Made by a program: the position numbers and the translations under genes
Shown here: positions 50,201 through 62,200 of the stretch, piece by piece
Position numbering within the stretch: the stretch's first letter is position 1
How the letters are laid out: each line of letters starts with the position of its first letter
The notes under the pieces: generated by a model
What the model was told of the DNA's origin: nothing
Seen by the model: only the letters and a program-made list of their open reading frames with translations
Database searches by the model: none
Assembly (NCBI GenBank): GCA_963842525.1
Contig: CAWJGT010000003.1
Coordinates: forward strand, 352,001-416,000
Reading direction: 5' to 3'
Length of the DNA: 64,000 nucleotides
Source of the DNA: an uncultured Holophagales bacterium
GTDB taxonomy: Bacteria > Acidobacteriota > Thermoanaerobaculia > Multivoradales > UBA5704

Positions 50201-53200
50201 CGGTCGAGAGCTTCCCGCTGACGCCGAGCGGCAAGGTCGACCGGCAGGCCCTGGCCCTGGGCGGCGAAGAGCCGGGGGACGCCACAGCCGGAGCCGACGC
50301 CCCGCGCACGCCCGTGGAGGAGCTGCTGGCCGGGATCTGGGCCGAGGTCCTGGGGCTCGCCGCCGTGGGTGTGCGCGACAGCTTCTTCGAGCTCGGCGGC
50401 CACTCGCTGCTGGCCACCCGGGTGGTCTCCCGGGTGCGGTCCGCGTGCGGCGTCGAGCTGCCGTTGCGGGCCCTGTTCGAGAGCCCGACCGTCGAACGGC
50501 TCGCCCGGACAGTCGAGGCCGCTCTGGGCTCCGCTGCGGCCCCGGCGCCGCCGATCGTGCCGGTCTCGCGGGGCGTTGATCCGCCGCTGTCGTTCGCGCA
50601 GCAGCGCCTCTGGTTCCTCGACCAGCTCGAGCCTGGCAGCGCGGCGTACAACATCGCCGGCGCGGTGCGCCTGCGCGGCGCACTCGAGGTGCCGGCCTTC
50701 GCCGCGAGCCTCGCCGCGGTGGCGGATCGCCACGAGGTGCTGCGCACCACCTTCGCGGCCGAGGCGGGGGAGCCCTTCCAACGCATCTGCCCGAGCGGCT
50801 CCTGGCCCCTGGTGGTGGTCGACCTGACCGGCCTGCCGGAGGCCGGATGCGCGGAGGCGGTCAGCCGCCTGGCAGCGGCGGAGGCGCTACGCCCGTTCGA
50901 CCTGGCCGCCGGGCCGCTCGTCCGCGCCACCCTGCTGCGCCTCGGCGCCGGAGAGCACCTGGTGCTCCTCACGATGCACCATATCGTCTCCGACGGCTGG
51001 TCCATCGGCGTCCTGGTCCGCGAGCTCTCGGCGCTCTATGGGGTGTTCACAGCCGGCCTCGCCCATCCGTTGCCGCCGCTGCCGGTCCAGTACGCCGACT
51101 TCGCGGTCTGGCAGCGGGGCTGGCTCCGCGGCGAGGCCCTGGAGACCCAGCTCGCCTTCTGGCGGCAGCGGCTGGCCGGCGCTCCGCACCTCCTGGAGCT
51201 GCCGGCCGACCGGCCGCGGCCGGCGGTGCCCGGCACGCGGTCCGGTGTCCGCCTGGGCCGCCTGCCCGGCCAGCTCACCGCCTCCCTCGCGGCGCTCGAC
51301 CGCAGCGAGCAAGCGACCGTCTTCATGGGCCTGTTCGCCGCCTGGGGCTCCCTGCTCTCCCGGTGGACGGGACAGGAGGACCTGGTCGTCGGCACCCCCA
51401 TCGCCAACCGCAACCGGGCGGAGATCGAGCACCTGATCGGTTTCTTCGTCAACACGCTCGCTCTGCGCGTCGACCTGTCGGGAGATCCAGGCTTCGCCGA
51501 GCTGCTCGGCCGGGTTCGCGAGACGACGCTCGCCGCTTATGCGCACCAGGACCTGCCGTTCGAGAGGCTGGTCGAGGAGCTCGCACCGGAACGGGCGCTC
51601 GGCCACACACCCCTGTTCCAGGTGATGCTGGTACTGCAGAACGCGCCCGCGCCGGAACTGGACCTGCCTTGGCTGACGCTCGAGCCACTCCGCGAGCTGC
51701 CGGGCGGGGAAGGCGCGGCCAAGCTCGACCTGACGCTGTCGCTCGCGCCGGCCGGAGACGAGCTGGCCGTCTCTCTCGTCTTCCGGCGCGAGCTGTTCGA
51801 CGGCACAACGGCCGAGCGGCTGCTGGGACACTTCGGCAACCTGCTGGCGGCCGCAGCTCTCGATCCGTCGCGGCCCGTCGCGGAGTTACCTCTCGTCTCC
51901 GCGGCCGAGGGCGCGCAGGTGCTCTGGGAATGGAACGACACCGGCGTTTCGCGGTCCGGGCTCTGCCTGCACGAGCTGTTCACGGCCCAGGCCGCGCGGA
52001 CGCCGGACGCCGTGGCGGTGGAGAGCGACGGAGAGAGCCTGAGCTACGGCGAGCTGGCGGACCGGGCTGGCCGGCTGGCCGGCCGCCTCCGCGCCCTGGG
52101 GGTCGGAACGGACGTGCCGGTCGGCGTCTGTGTCCACAGGTCCGGCGCGATGGTGACCGCCCTGCTCGCCGTGCTGAAGGCCGGCGGCGCCTACGTGCCC
52201 CTCGATCCCGAGTTGCCGCGGGAACGGCTCGCCTGGCTCCTCGCCGACAGCCGCGCGCCGGTCGTCCTGACGCGCGCCGCGCTCGCCGGACACCTGGAGG
52301 CCGTCGGGGCGGGCCGTGTGCTCGGCCTCGACGACCTGGAGCCGGCCGCGACGCCGGAGGAAGTTTCCGGCCGCACGGGAGATCCGGAGAGCCTGGCCTG
52401 CATCCTCTACACCTCCGGGTCGACGGGCCGCCCCAAGGGTGTCATGGCCCCGCACGCGGGCCTGGTCAACCGTCTGCTCTGGGCCCAGGAGGAATATCCG
52501 CTCGGCCCTGGCGACCGGGTGCTGCAGAGCGCCGCCTTCGGCTTCGACTTTGCCCTGTGGGAGATCTTCGCTCCTCTCCTCGCCGGCGCCCGCGTGGTGC
52601 TGGCGCGCCCGGGCGGGCACCGGGACAGCGCCTACCTGGTGGATCTCATCGCCCGCCGGGACGTCACCGTGGCGCACTTCGTCCCCTCCATGCTGCGCGT
52701 CGTCCTGGACGAGGAGGAGGTCAAGGGCTGCCGCGCCCTGCGACTGGCCTTCTCGGGCGGCGAGCCTCTGCCCTTAGAGCTGCGGGAGCGTTTCTTCCAC
52801 CGCCTGCCCGCTGCCGAGCTGCACAACCAGTACGGCCCGACCGAGGCCTCGATCGACGTCACCCACTGGCTCTGCCGCCCGGGCGAAGGTCCGGGAGCGG
52901 TGCCCATCGGCCGGCCGGTCGACAACACCCGGATCCTGCTGCTGGACCGCCGATTGCGGCCGGTCCCCGGCGGCGTCGCCGGCGAGCTGTGCGTCGGCGG
53001 CATGAGCCTGGCGCGCGGCTATCTGGACCGACCCGGGCTGACGGCCGAGCGGTTCGTACCCGATCCGTGGAGCCCGCAGCCAGGCGGCCGCCTGTACCGG
53101 ACGGGCGATCTGGCGCGCTTCCGGGCCGACGGCGCCCTGGAGCACCTGGGCCGTCTCGACCACCAGGTCAAGGTGCGCGGCATCCGCGTCGAGCCGGGAG

Positions 53201-56200
53201 AGATCGAGGCGGTACTCGGCGCCTTGCCGGGCGTGCGCGCGGCTGTTGTGGAGGCCCGCGGCGAGGGTGCCGCGCGCCGGCTGGTGGCCTGGGTGGCTCT
53301 CCGCGAGGAGCGCCCGGGCCTGACGCCTGCCGCGCTGCGCGAGGCGCTCCAGGAGCTGCTGCCGGAGCCGATGATCCCGGCCTCCTGGGTGCTGCTGCCC
53401 GAGCTGCCTGTCACTCCGAGCGGCAAGCTGGACCGCCGTGCCCTGCCGGAGCCCGAGGCGCCGGTGGGCGGTGCGGAGGTCTCGCCGCGCACGCCCACCG
53501 AGGAGCTGATCGCCGGCGTCTGGGCCGACCTGCTGGAGCGCCCGCGGATCGGCATCCACGACGACTTCTTCGACCTCGGCGGGCACTCCCTGCTCGCCAC
53601 CCGGGTGCTGTCGCGCCTCCGCAAGGTCTTCCAGTTCGACCTCCCTCTGCGCGCCCTGTTCGAGGCGCCGACGGTGGCGGGGCTCTCCCGCGCCGTCGAT
53701 GCAGCCGTCCGGGCCGGTGCGCCGGCGTCAGCGCCGCCCATCGTTCCGGTGCCCCGCGGCGGCGACCTGCCGCTCTCTTTCGCCCAGCAGAGGCTCTGGT
53801 TCCTCTCCCGGCTCGAGCCGGGGAGCGCGGCCTACAACGTCCCGGTCGCCGTGCGGCTGACCGGCACGCTGCACGGCGCCGCCCTGGCCGCCGCCCTGGG
53901 CGAGATCGTGGCGCGGCACGAGGCGTTGCGCACCACCTTCGCCACCGTTGACGGCAGCGCGGTGCAGCGGATCGCGCCGGCGGCAGGCGCCTTCGAGCTG
54001 CCGCTCGTGGACCTCGGCGCTCTGGCACAGCCCGAGGACGAGGCGCGCCGCCTGGCCGCGGAGGAGGCGTTGCGCCCCTTCGACCTGGCGCGCGGGCCGC
54101 TGCTGCGCGGGGCCCTGCTGCGGTGGGTACCGGGCGAGCACGTCGCGCTGCTCACCCTGCACCACATCGTGTCGGACGGCTGGTCGAGCGGCGTGCTGAT
54201 CCGCGAGCTGGCGGCCCTCTACGCCGCCGCCCTTGCGGGCCGCCCCTCGCCGCTCGCGCCGTTGCCGGTGCAGTACGCGGACTTCGCGGTCTGGCAGCGC
54301 ATGTGGTTGCGCGGCGAGGTGCTCGCGGCGCAGCTCGGCTGGTGGCGCGAGCGCCTGGCGGGGGCGCCGCCCGTGCTGGAGCTGCCGGTCGACCGGCCGC
54401 GGCCCCCAGTGATGGGCGGGCGCGGCGGGCTGTGCCAGGCCGAGCTCGGCGCGGAGCTGACGGCCGGCCTCCATGCGCTCGGCCGCCGGGAAGGGGCCAC
54501 CCTGTTCATGATCCTCCTCGCCGCGTTCACGGCGCTGCTCTGCCGGCATACCGGACAGGAGGACCTGCTCGTCGGCACGCCGATCGCGAACCGCAACCGG
54601 GCGGAGATCGAGGATCTGATCGGGTTCTTCGTCAACACCCTCGTCCTGCGCAGCGACCTCTCCGGAGATCCAACGTTCCTGGAGGTGGCCGGCCGCGTCC
54701 GCGCCGGGGCGCTCGCGGCCTATGCCCATCAGGACCTGCCGTTCGAGCGGCTGGTCGAGGAGTTGGCGCCCGAGCGGAGCCTCGCGTACACGCCCCTTTT
54801 CCAGGTGATGCTCACGTTGCAGAACGCCCCCCTGGGAGCGCTGGAGCTGCCGGGGCTGACCCTCGAGCCACTCGATTCCTCCGGCGCCGCTGCGAAATTC
54901 GACCTGGCGCTCACGCTGGCCGAGAGCGGAGGCGGTATCGCGGCCGGCCTCGAATTCAGGAGCGACCTGTTCGACGCCACCACGGCGCAGCGGATTCTGG
55001 ACCGTTTCGCGATCCTGCTCGGCGCGATCGTGGTGGCGCCGGACCGCCGCATCGCGGACCTGCCGCTGCTGAGCGACGCCGAGCGCCACCAGGCGCTGCG
55101 CGAGTGGAACGCGACCGGCGAGCACCTGCGGGGAGGTGGCTGTCTGCACGAGCTGGTGGCGGCGCAGGCGGCGCGCAGCCCTGAGGCGGTGGCGGTGGTC
55201 TGCGGAGACACCATCCTGACCTACGCCGGGCTGGACGCCCTGGGGAGCCGCATGGCGTGCGGGCTGCGCAGCCGCGGGGTGGGCGCCGATGTGATCGTCG
55301 GCCTGCTGGCCGAGCGCTCGGTTGAGATGGTCGTGGGCCTTCTCGCCATCCTCAAGGCCGGGGGAGCATACCTGCCCCTGGATCCGTCCTATCCGCCCGA
55401 CCGCCTGGGCTACATGGTCGCGGACGCCGGCGCGTCGCTGGTCCTCGCCCAGGAGAGCCTGTGCAAACGCGCGGCCGGATGGCTGGGCGAGGGAGTGGAC
55501 CTCCTGCCGCTGGGCGCCGGCGGCGCCGTCGCCTGGAGCGAGGGGGGTGAAGCCCTCTTCGCGGAGAGCGATCCGCGGAACCTGGCCTACGTGATCTACA
55601 CCTCCGGCTCGACCGGCCGCCCCAAGGGTGTCATGGTGCCCCACCGCGGGGTCTGGAACCGGCTGCTCTGGGCGCAGCGGGTCTACCGGCTGGGACCTGG
55701 CGATGCGGTCCTGCAGAAGGCCGCCTTCAGCTTCGACTTCTCGGTGTGGGAGATCTTCGCGCCGCTGCTGGCCGGAGCCCGGCTGGTGCTGGCCCGGCCG
55801 GACGGGCATCGCAACAGCGCCTATCTGGTGCGCACCCTCGCCGAGCAAGGGATCACCTTCGTCCACTTCGTGCCGTCGATGTTGGGGGCCTTCCTGGACG
55901 AGAGGGACGTGGAGCACTGCACCTCTCTGCGCCAGGCCTTCTCCGGCGGCGAAGCCCTGTCGACCGAGCTGCGGGACCGTTTCTTCACCCGTCTCCGGAT
56001 CCCTCTGGACAACCAGTACGGTCCGACCGAGGCCTCCATCGATATCACGCGCTGGGCCTGCGTACCCGGCCGGGATCCGCACCGCGTGCCGATCGGCGGC
56101 CCGATCGACAACGCGCGGCTGTACGTGGTGGACCGGCGGCTCGGCGTGGTCCCGACCGGCGTGCCAGGTGAGCTGCTGCTGGGGGGGCCGGGCGTGGTCC

Positions 56201-59200
56201 GCGGCTACCTCGGCCGCCCGGACCTGACCGCGGAACGGTTCGTTCCGGACGCCTGGAGCGGCGTCCCGGGAGAGCGGCTGTACCGGACCGGAGACCTGGC
56301 CCGTTCCCGGCCGGACGGCACGCTCGAGCTCCTGGGCCGGATCGACCATCAGGTCAAGGTGCGGGGCTTCCGGATCGAGCTGGGAGAGATCGAAACAGTC
56401 CTCGCCGTACAGCCCGGCGTCCGCGAGGCCGTTGCGGCGGTCCGGGAGGATGCGGCCCTCGGACCACGGCTGGTGGCCTACGTGGTGCCGCAGCCTGGAG
56501 AGGCCCTGGACGTCGAGGTGCTGCGCCGGGCTCTGGCCGGGAACCTGCCGGATCACATGATCCCCTCGGCGTTCCTGATGCTCGAAGCGCTGCCGTTGAC
56601 GCCGAGCGGCAAGCTGGACCGCCGCGCCCTGCCGGAGCCTGGGCTGGCCGCCGGTGAGACCTCCGAGGCACCGCGCACCCCGGTCGAGGAGCTGCTCGCC
56701 GGCCTCTGGGCCGATGTCCTGGGCCGCGAGCGGATCGGGGTGCACGAGGACTTCTTTGCTCTTGGCGGACACTCCCTGCTCGCCACCCGTGTGATCTCGC
56801 GGGCGAGCCAGGTCTTCGGCATCGAGCTGCCGCTGCGCACCCTGTTCGAGGCGCCGACGGTGGCCGGGCTCGCGGCGGCCGTCGAAGCCGCGGACCCGGC
56901 CGGCAGGATCGCCGCCGCACCCATCCTTTCGCGGCCGCAGGGCGGGGATGCGCCGCTCTCCTTCGCCCAGCAGCGGCTTTGGTTCCTGGCGCAGCTCGAG
57001 CCGGAGAGCGCGGCCTACAACGTCCCCACGGCCGTGCGGCTGACCGGCGACCTGGACCTCGCCGCCATCGCCGCAGCCCTCGGCGGGATCGTGGCGCGCC
57101 ACGAAGCGCTGCGGACCACCTTCCCGGCCGTCGCGGGGGAGCCGGTCCAGGCGATCGCCCCGGCCGGAGGCCCCCTGGAGCTGCCTCTGGTCGATCTCGG
57201 CGCGCTGCCGGAGCCCGCGGTGGAGGCGCGCCGGCTGGCTGCGGCGGAGGCGCTACGCCCGTTCGACCTGGTGCATGGGCCCCTCCTGCGCGGCGCTCTG
57301 CTGCGTCTCGGCGCCGCGGAGCACATCGCCCTGGTCTCGATGCACCACATCGTCTCCGACGCCTGGTCGAGCGGCGTGCTGATCCGCGAGCTGGCGGCCC
57401 TCTATGCGGCCTCCCGCGAGGGGCGTCCCTCGCCGCTGCCGCCCCTGCCGGTGCAGTACGCCGACTTCGCGGTCTGGCAGCGGGGCTGGATGGAGGGCGA
57501 GGCCCTGGAATCGCAGCTCGCCTTCTGGCGGCAACGGCTGGCCGGCGCGCCGGCCGTGCTGGAGCTTCCCACGGACCGCCCGCGGCCGGCGGTCCCCACC
57601 GGCCGGGGCGGGCTGCGGACCGCCCGTATCTCCGGCGGCCTCGCCGCAACTCTCGCAGCACTCGGCCGCCGCGAGGGGCTCACCCTCTTCATGGTCCTGC
57701 TCGCCGCCTGGGACGCCCTGCTCTTCCGGCTGACCGGACAGACCGACCTGGTCGTCGGCGCTCCGATCGCCAACCGCACGCGGGCGGAGATCGAAGGCCT
57801 GATCGGCTTCTTCACCAACACCCTGGCCCTGCGCACCCGGCTTGCCCCTGACGCGAGCTTCCGGGAGCTGGCCCTGCGGGTCCGCGAGGAGGCGCTCCTG
57901 GCCTTCTCGCACCAGGACCTGCCGTTCGAACGGCTGGTCGAGGACCTGTCTCCGGAGCGGTCCCTCGCCCATACGCCGCTCTTCCAGGTGCTGTTCACCC
58001 TGCTGAACGTGCCCCTTGGCGACCTCGCCATGCCGGGTCTCACCCTGTCGCCCCTGGAGCTCGGAGGGCGGACGGCGAAGTTCGACCTCACCCTGTTCCT
58101 GGTCGAGGCGGACGGCGGGCTGCTCGCCCGTCTCGAATACGCCTCTGACCTGTTCGACGCGACGACCGCGGACCGGATCCTGGAGCGTTTCCGCACCCTG
58201 CTGGAAGGGGCGGCGGCCGATCCGGAGCGGAGCCTGGCGGAGCTGCCCCTGCTGCCTGCGGCCGAGCGCCAGGAGATCCTCACGGAATGGAACGATGTCC
58301 ACGCCTGGGACGGCTCGCCCTGTGTCCATCGCCTCGTCGAGGAACAGGCGCAGCGGACCCCGGAGGCGACCGCCGTCCTGGCCCCCGACGGCACTGCGCT
58401 GTCCTACGAAGACCTCGACCGGCTGGCGGACCTGCTGGCGCGCCGGCTGTGGGGGCTGGGCGTGCGGCCGGACGACCGCGTCGGCGTCTGCCTGGAGCGA
58501 AGCTGGGAGGGCGTGGCGGCCCTGCTCGCCGTGCTCAAGGCTGGGGGCTGCTATCTGCCGCTCGATCCGGCCTACCCTCAGGAACGGCTGGCCTTCATGC
58601 TGGCCGACGCTGCGGCGCCCGTGATCGTCACCCGCGACCGGCTGGCCGCGGCGCTGCCGCCGCACGGCGCTCACGTGCTGTCTCTCGATGGCGGCTGGCC
58701 TGAGGAGCAGGGCACAGATCTCCCTACGGTCGGCCCCGACCATCTGTCCTACGTCATCTACACCTCCGGATCAACGGGCAAGCCGAAGGGTGTGGCCCTG
58801 CCGCACCGCACGCTGGCCAACCTGATCACCTGGCAGATCGGCGCCTCGGCGGCTCCGGCCGGAAGGACCCTCCAGTTCGCCTCGCCGAGCTTCGACGTGT
58901 CCGTGCAGGAGGTCTTCTCCACCTGGGCCGCGGGGGGCACCCTGGTGCTGGTGCCCGACGAGATCCGCAGCGACGCCGTGGCCCTGCTGCGCCACCTGGT
59001 CGAGGCCCGTGTCGAGCGCCTGTTCCTGCCGTTCGTCGCCCTGCAGCAGCTCGCCGAGGCGGCGGCCGGAAGCAGTGGGGAGCTGGCGCTGCGCGAGGTC
59101 GTCACCGCCGGCGAGCAGCTCCAGGTCACCCCCGAGGTGAGGGCCCTCTTTTCGCGCCTTCCCGGCTGCGTGCTGCGCAACCAGTACGGGCCTTCCGAGA

Positions 59201-62200
59201 CCCACGTGGTCACTGAAGCCTCGCTGCGGCCGGGCTCTGTGGAGGAGTGGCCGGCCCTGCCGCCCATCGGCCGGCCGATCGCCGCGACGGCGGTCCACCT
59301 CCTGGACCCGCGCGGCCTGCCGGTGCCGGTCGGCGTCCCCGGAGAGGTCTGCCTTGGCGGCGCCGGACTGGCGCGCGGCTATCTGGGCCGTCCGGACCTG
59401 ACCGCTGAGCGATTCGTGCCTGATCCCTGGGGCTGGGGCACCCGGCTCTACCGCACCGGGGACCTGGCCCGCCGGCGTCCGGACGGCGAGATCGACTTCC
59501 TCGGCCGCATCGACCATCAGGTCAAGGTCCGCGGCTTCCGTGTCGAGCTGGGGGAGATCGAGGCCGCGCTCGCGGCGCACCCCGCCGTGCGCGAGGCCGT
59601 GGTCGTGGCGCAGGGCGATGGGGCGGGGAGGCGTCTGGCGGCCTTCGTCGTGCCGGCCGGTGGGGAGAGTGAGCTGCGCGGGCCGCTGCGGGCGCATCTG
59701 CGAGACCGGCTGCCGGACTACATGGTGCCGGCTGCCTTCGTGGCGGTCGACGGCTTCCCGCTGACGCCGAGCGGCAAGGTGGACCGGCGCGCCCTGGCGG
59801 CGCGCGGGCCGGAGCCCGGGGAGACCGCAGCCGCCGCCGGCGAGTCCCCACGGAGCCCGGTGGAGGAGCTGCTGGCCGGGATCTGGGCCGACGTCCTCGG
59901 GCTGCCCGCCGTCGGCGTGCGCGCCAGCTTCTTCGACCTCGGCGGTCATTCGCTCCTCGCGACGCGCGTCGTCTCCCGGGTGCGCGAGGCCTTCGGGGTC
60001 GAGCTGCCGCTGCGCCGGCTCTTCGAAACTCCGACCGTCGCGGGCCTGGCGGCGCGGATCGAGGCCCTCCGCGGCGCGCCCGGGGATCTGCCGGCACCGC
60101 CGATCGCTCCGGCGCCGCGCGAGGGTGCGCTGCCGCTCTCCTTCGCGCAGGAGCGGCTCTGGTTCCTGGCGCAGCTCGAGCCCGGGGCGGCGCCCTACAA
60201 CCTCGCCTCCGCGGTGCTCCTGCGCGGCCGGCTCGATACCCGCGCCCTGGCGGCCAGTCTGGCGGCCCTGGTGCGCCGCCACGAGTCGCTGCGGACGACC
60301 TTCGCGGTGGCCGGGGGGCGGCCGGTGCAGGTGGTCGCGCCGGAGTTGGAGCTGCGGCTCCCGCTGGTGGATCTCTCGGGTCTCCCGGGCGCGAGCGGCG
60401 CGGACGCGCTCGCGCGGCTGGCCGAGGCCGAGAGCCTGCGGCCCTTCGACTTGGCGGCGGGGCCTCTGCTGCGAGCCCTGCTGGTGCAGTCGGCGGAGGA
60501 GGAGCATGCGCTCCTCCTCACCATGCACCACATCGTCTCCGACGGCTGGTCGATGGGGGTGTTGATCGGCGATCTGGCGGCTCTCTACGTCGCCGCCGTC
60601 GCCGGGACCCCAGCGGCCCTGCGCGACCTCCCAATCCAGTACGCGGACTTCGCCGTCTGGCAGCGTCGCTGGCTGGCCGGCGAGGTGCTGGAGCGCCAAC
60701 TGGCCTACTGGCGTCAGGGTCTGGCCGGTCTCCCGGTGCTGGACCTGCCGGCCGATCGGCCGCGCCCGGCGGCGCGCAGCGCGCGCGGCGCCACGCAGGA
60801 GGTCGCGCTGTCCGCGGAGCTCTCGGCGGCGCTGGCGAGCCTTGCCCGCCGCCTGGGCGCGACCTCCTTCATGCTATTGCTCGCGGCATTCGACGCCCTG
60901 CTCGCGCGCCTCACCGGGCAGCTCGACGTACCGGTGGGCTCTCCCGTCGCCAACCGCAACCGTCTGGAGACTGAGGGGCTGATCGGTTTCTTCGTCAATA
61001 CCCTGGTTCTGCGTACGGACCTCGGGGGCGACCCGGGCTTCCGCGAGTTGGTGGCGCGGGTGCGCGAGGTCACCCTGGAGGCCTACGCCCACCAGGATCT
61101 GCCGTTCGAACGGCTGGTCCAGGAGCTGCAGCCCGGCCGCAGCCTGAGCACGACGCCGCTGTTCCAGGTGATGCTGGTGCTCCAGAACGCGCCCCAGGGC
61201 AGGCTCGAGCTTCCCGGGCCTCGTGATGGATCCCCTGGACGTCGAGACCTCGACGGCGAGCTTCGATCTGACCCTGGCTCTGGCCGAGACGGCGCGCGGC
61301 CTCCGCGGCGGGCTGCGCTACAGCCGCGACCTGTTCGACCCCGGCACCATGCGGCGGCTCGCCGAGCGTTTCGCGGGGCTGCTGGCGGCGGCGTTGGCCG
61401 CGCCGGAGCGCCGGCTGTCGGACCTGCCGCTCCTCGCGGACGACGAGCTCGAGCAGGTGCTGGCGGCGCCGAACCGGACCGCGGTCCCCTATCCGCGCAC
61501 GGCGACCGTCCACGGCCTGTTCGCCGCGGTGGCCGCGGCCACGCCCGACGCGGTGGCATTGGCGGCGGATGGCGAGCAGGTGACCTATGGCGAGCTGCAC
61601 CGCCGCTCAGGCCGGCTTGCCTCCCATCTGCGCCGTCTGGGAGTGGGGCCCGAGGTGCCGGTCGGCCTCTGCCTCGAACGTTCGCCCGCGCTGGTGGCCG
61701 GCATGCTCGGCATCCTGCAGGCGGGAGGGCATTACGTTCCTCTCGACCCCGGCTCGCCGCGGGAGCGGCTGCGCTTCCTGCTGCGCGATCTTGCGCTGCC
61801 GGTGGTGGTGACCGAGGAGCGGCTCGCCGCGTCGCTGCCGGCCGGCGAGGCCGCGGTCGTCCGGCTGGACCGGCTCAAGCCGGCGCAGGCCCCGGAGGCC
61901 GGCGCCCCAGAGCTTCCCACGAGCCTCGCCTATGTGATGTACACCTCCGGATCGACCGGCCGGCCCAAGGGGGTCGCGGTCCCGCACCGCGCGGTGGTCC
62001 GGCTGGTCCACGGCGCCGGCTACGCCCGCTTCGGCGCCGGCGAGGTCTTCCTGCACCTCGCTTCCCCCTCGTTCGACGCCGCCACCCTCGAGGTCTGGGG
62101 TGCGCTCCTGCACGGCGCCCGGCTCGCCGTCATGACCGAACGGGCCCCCTCCCTGGACCGGTTGGAGAGCGCGCTCGCCGTGCATCAGGTCACGACGCTC

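Noticed and set aside
11672-61218. Programmed frameshifting or pseudogenisation at ~11672, 22977, 38061, 38447, 41510, 61218
   Set aside because: All six are single +1 shifts, several in short G/C runs, in otherwise intact genes. Sequencing error is the simplest explanation; this needs read-level confirmation.
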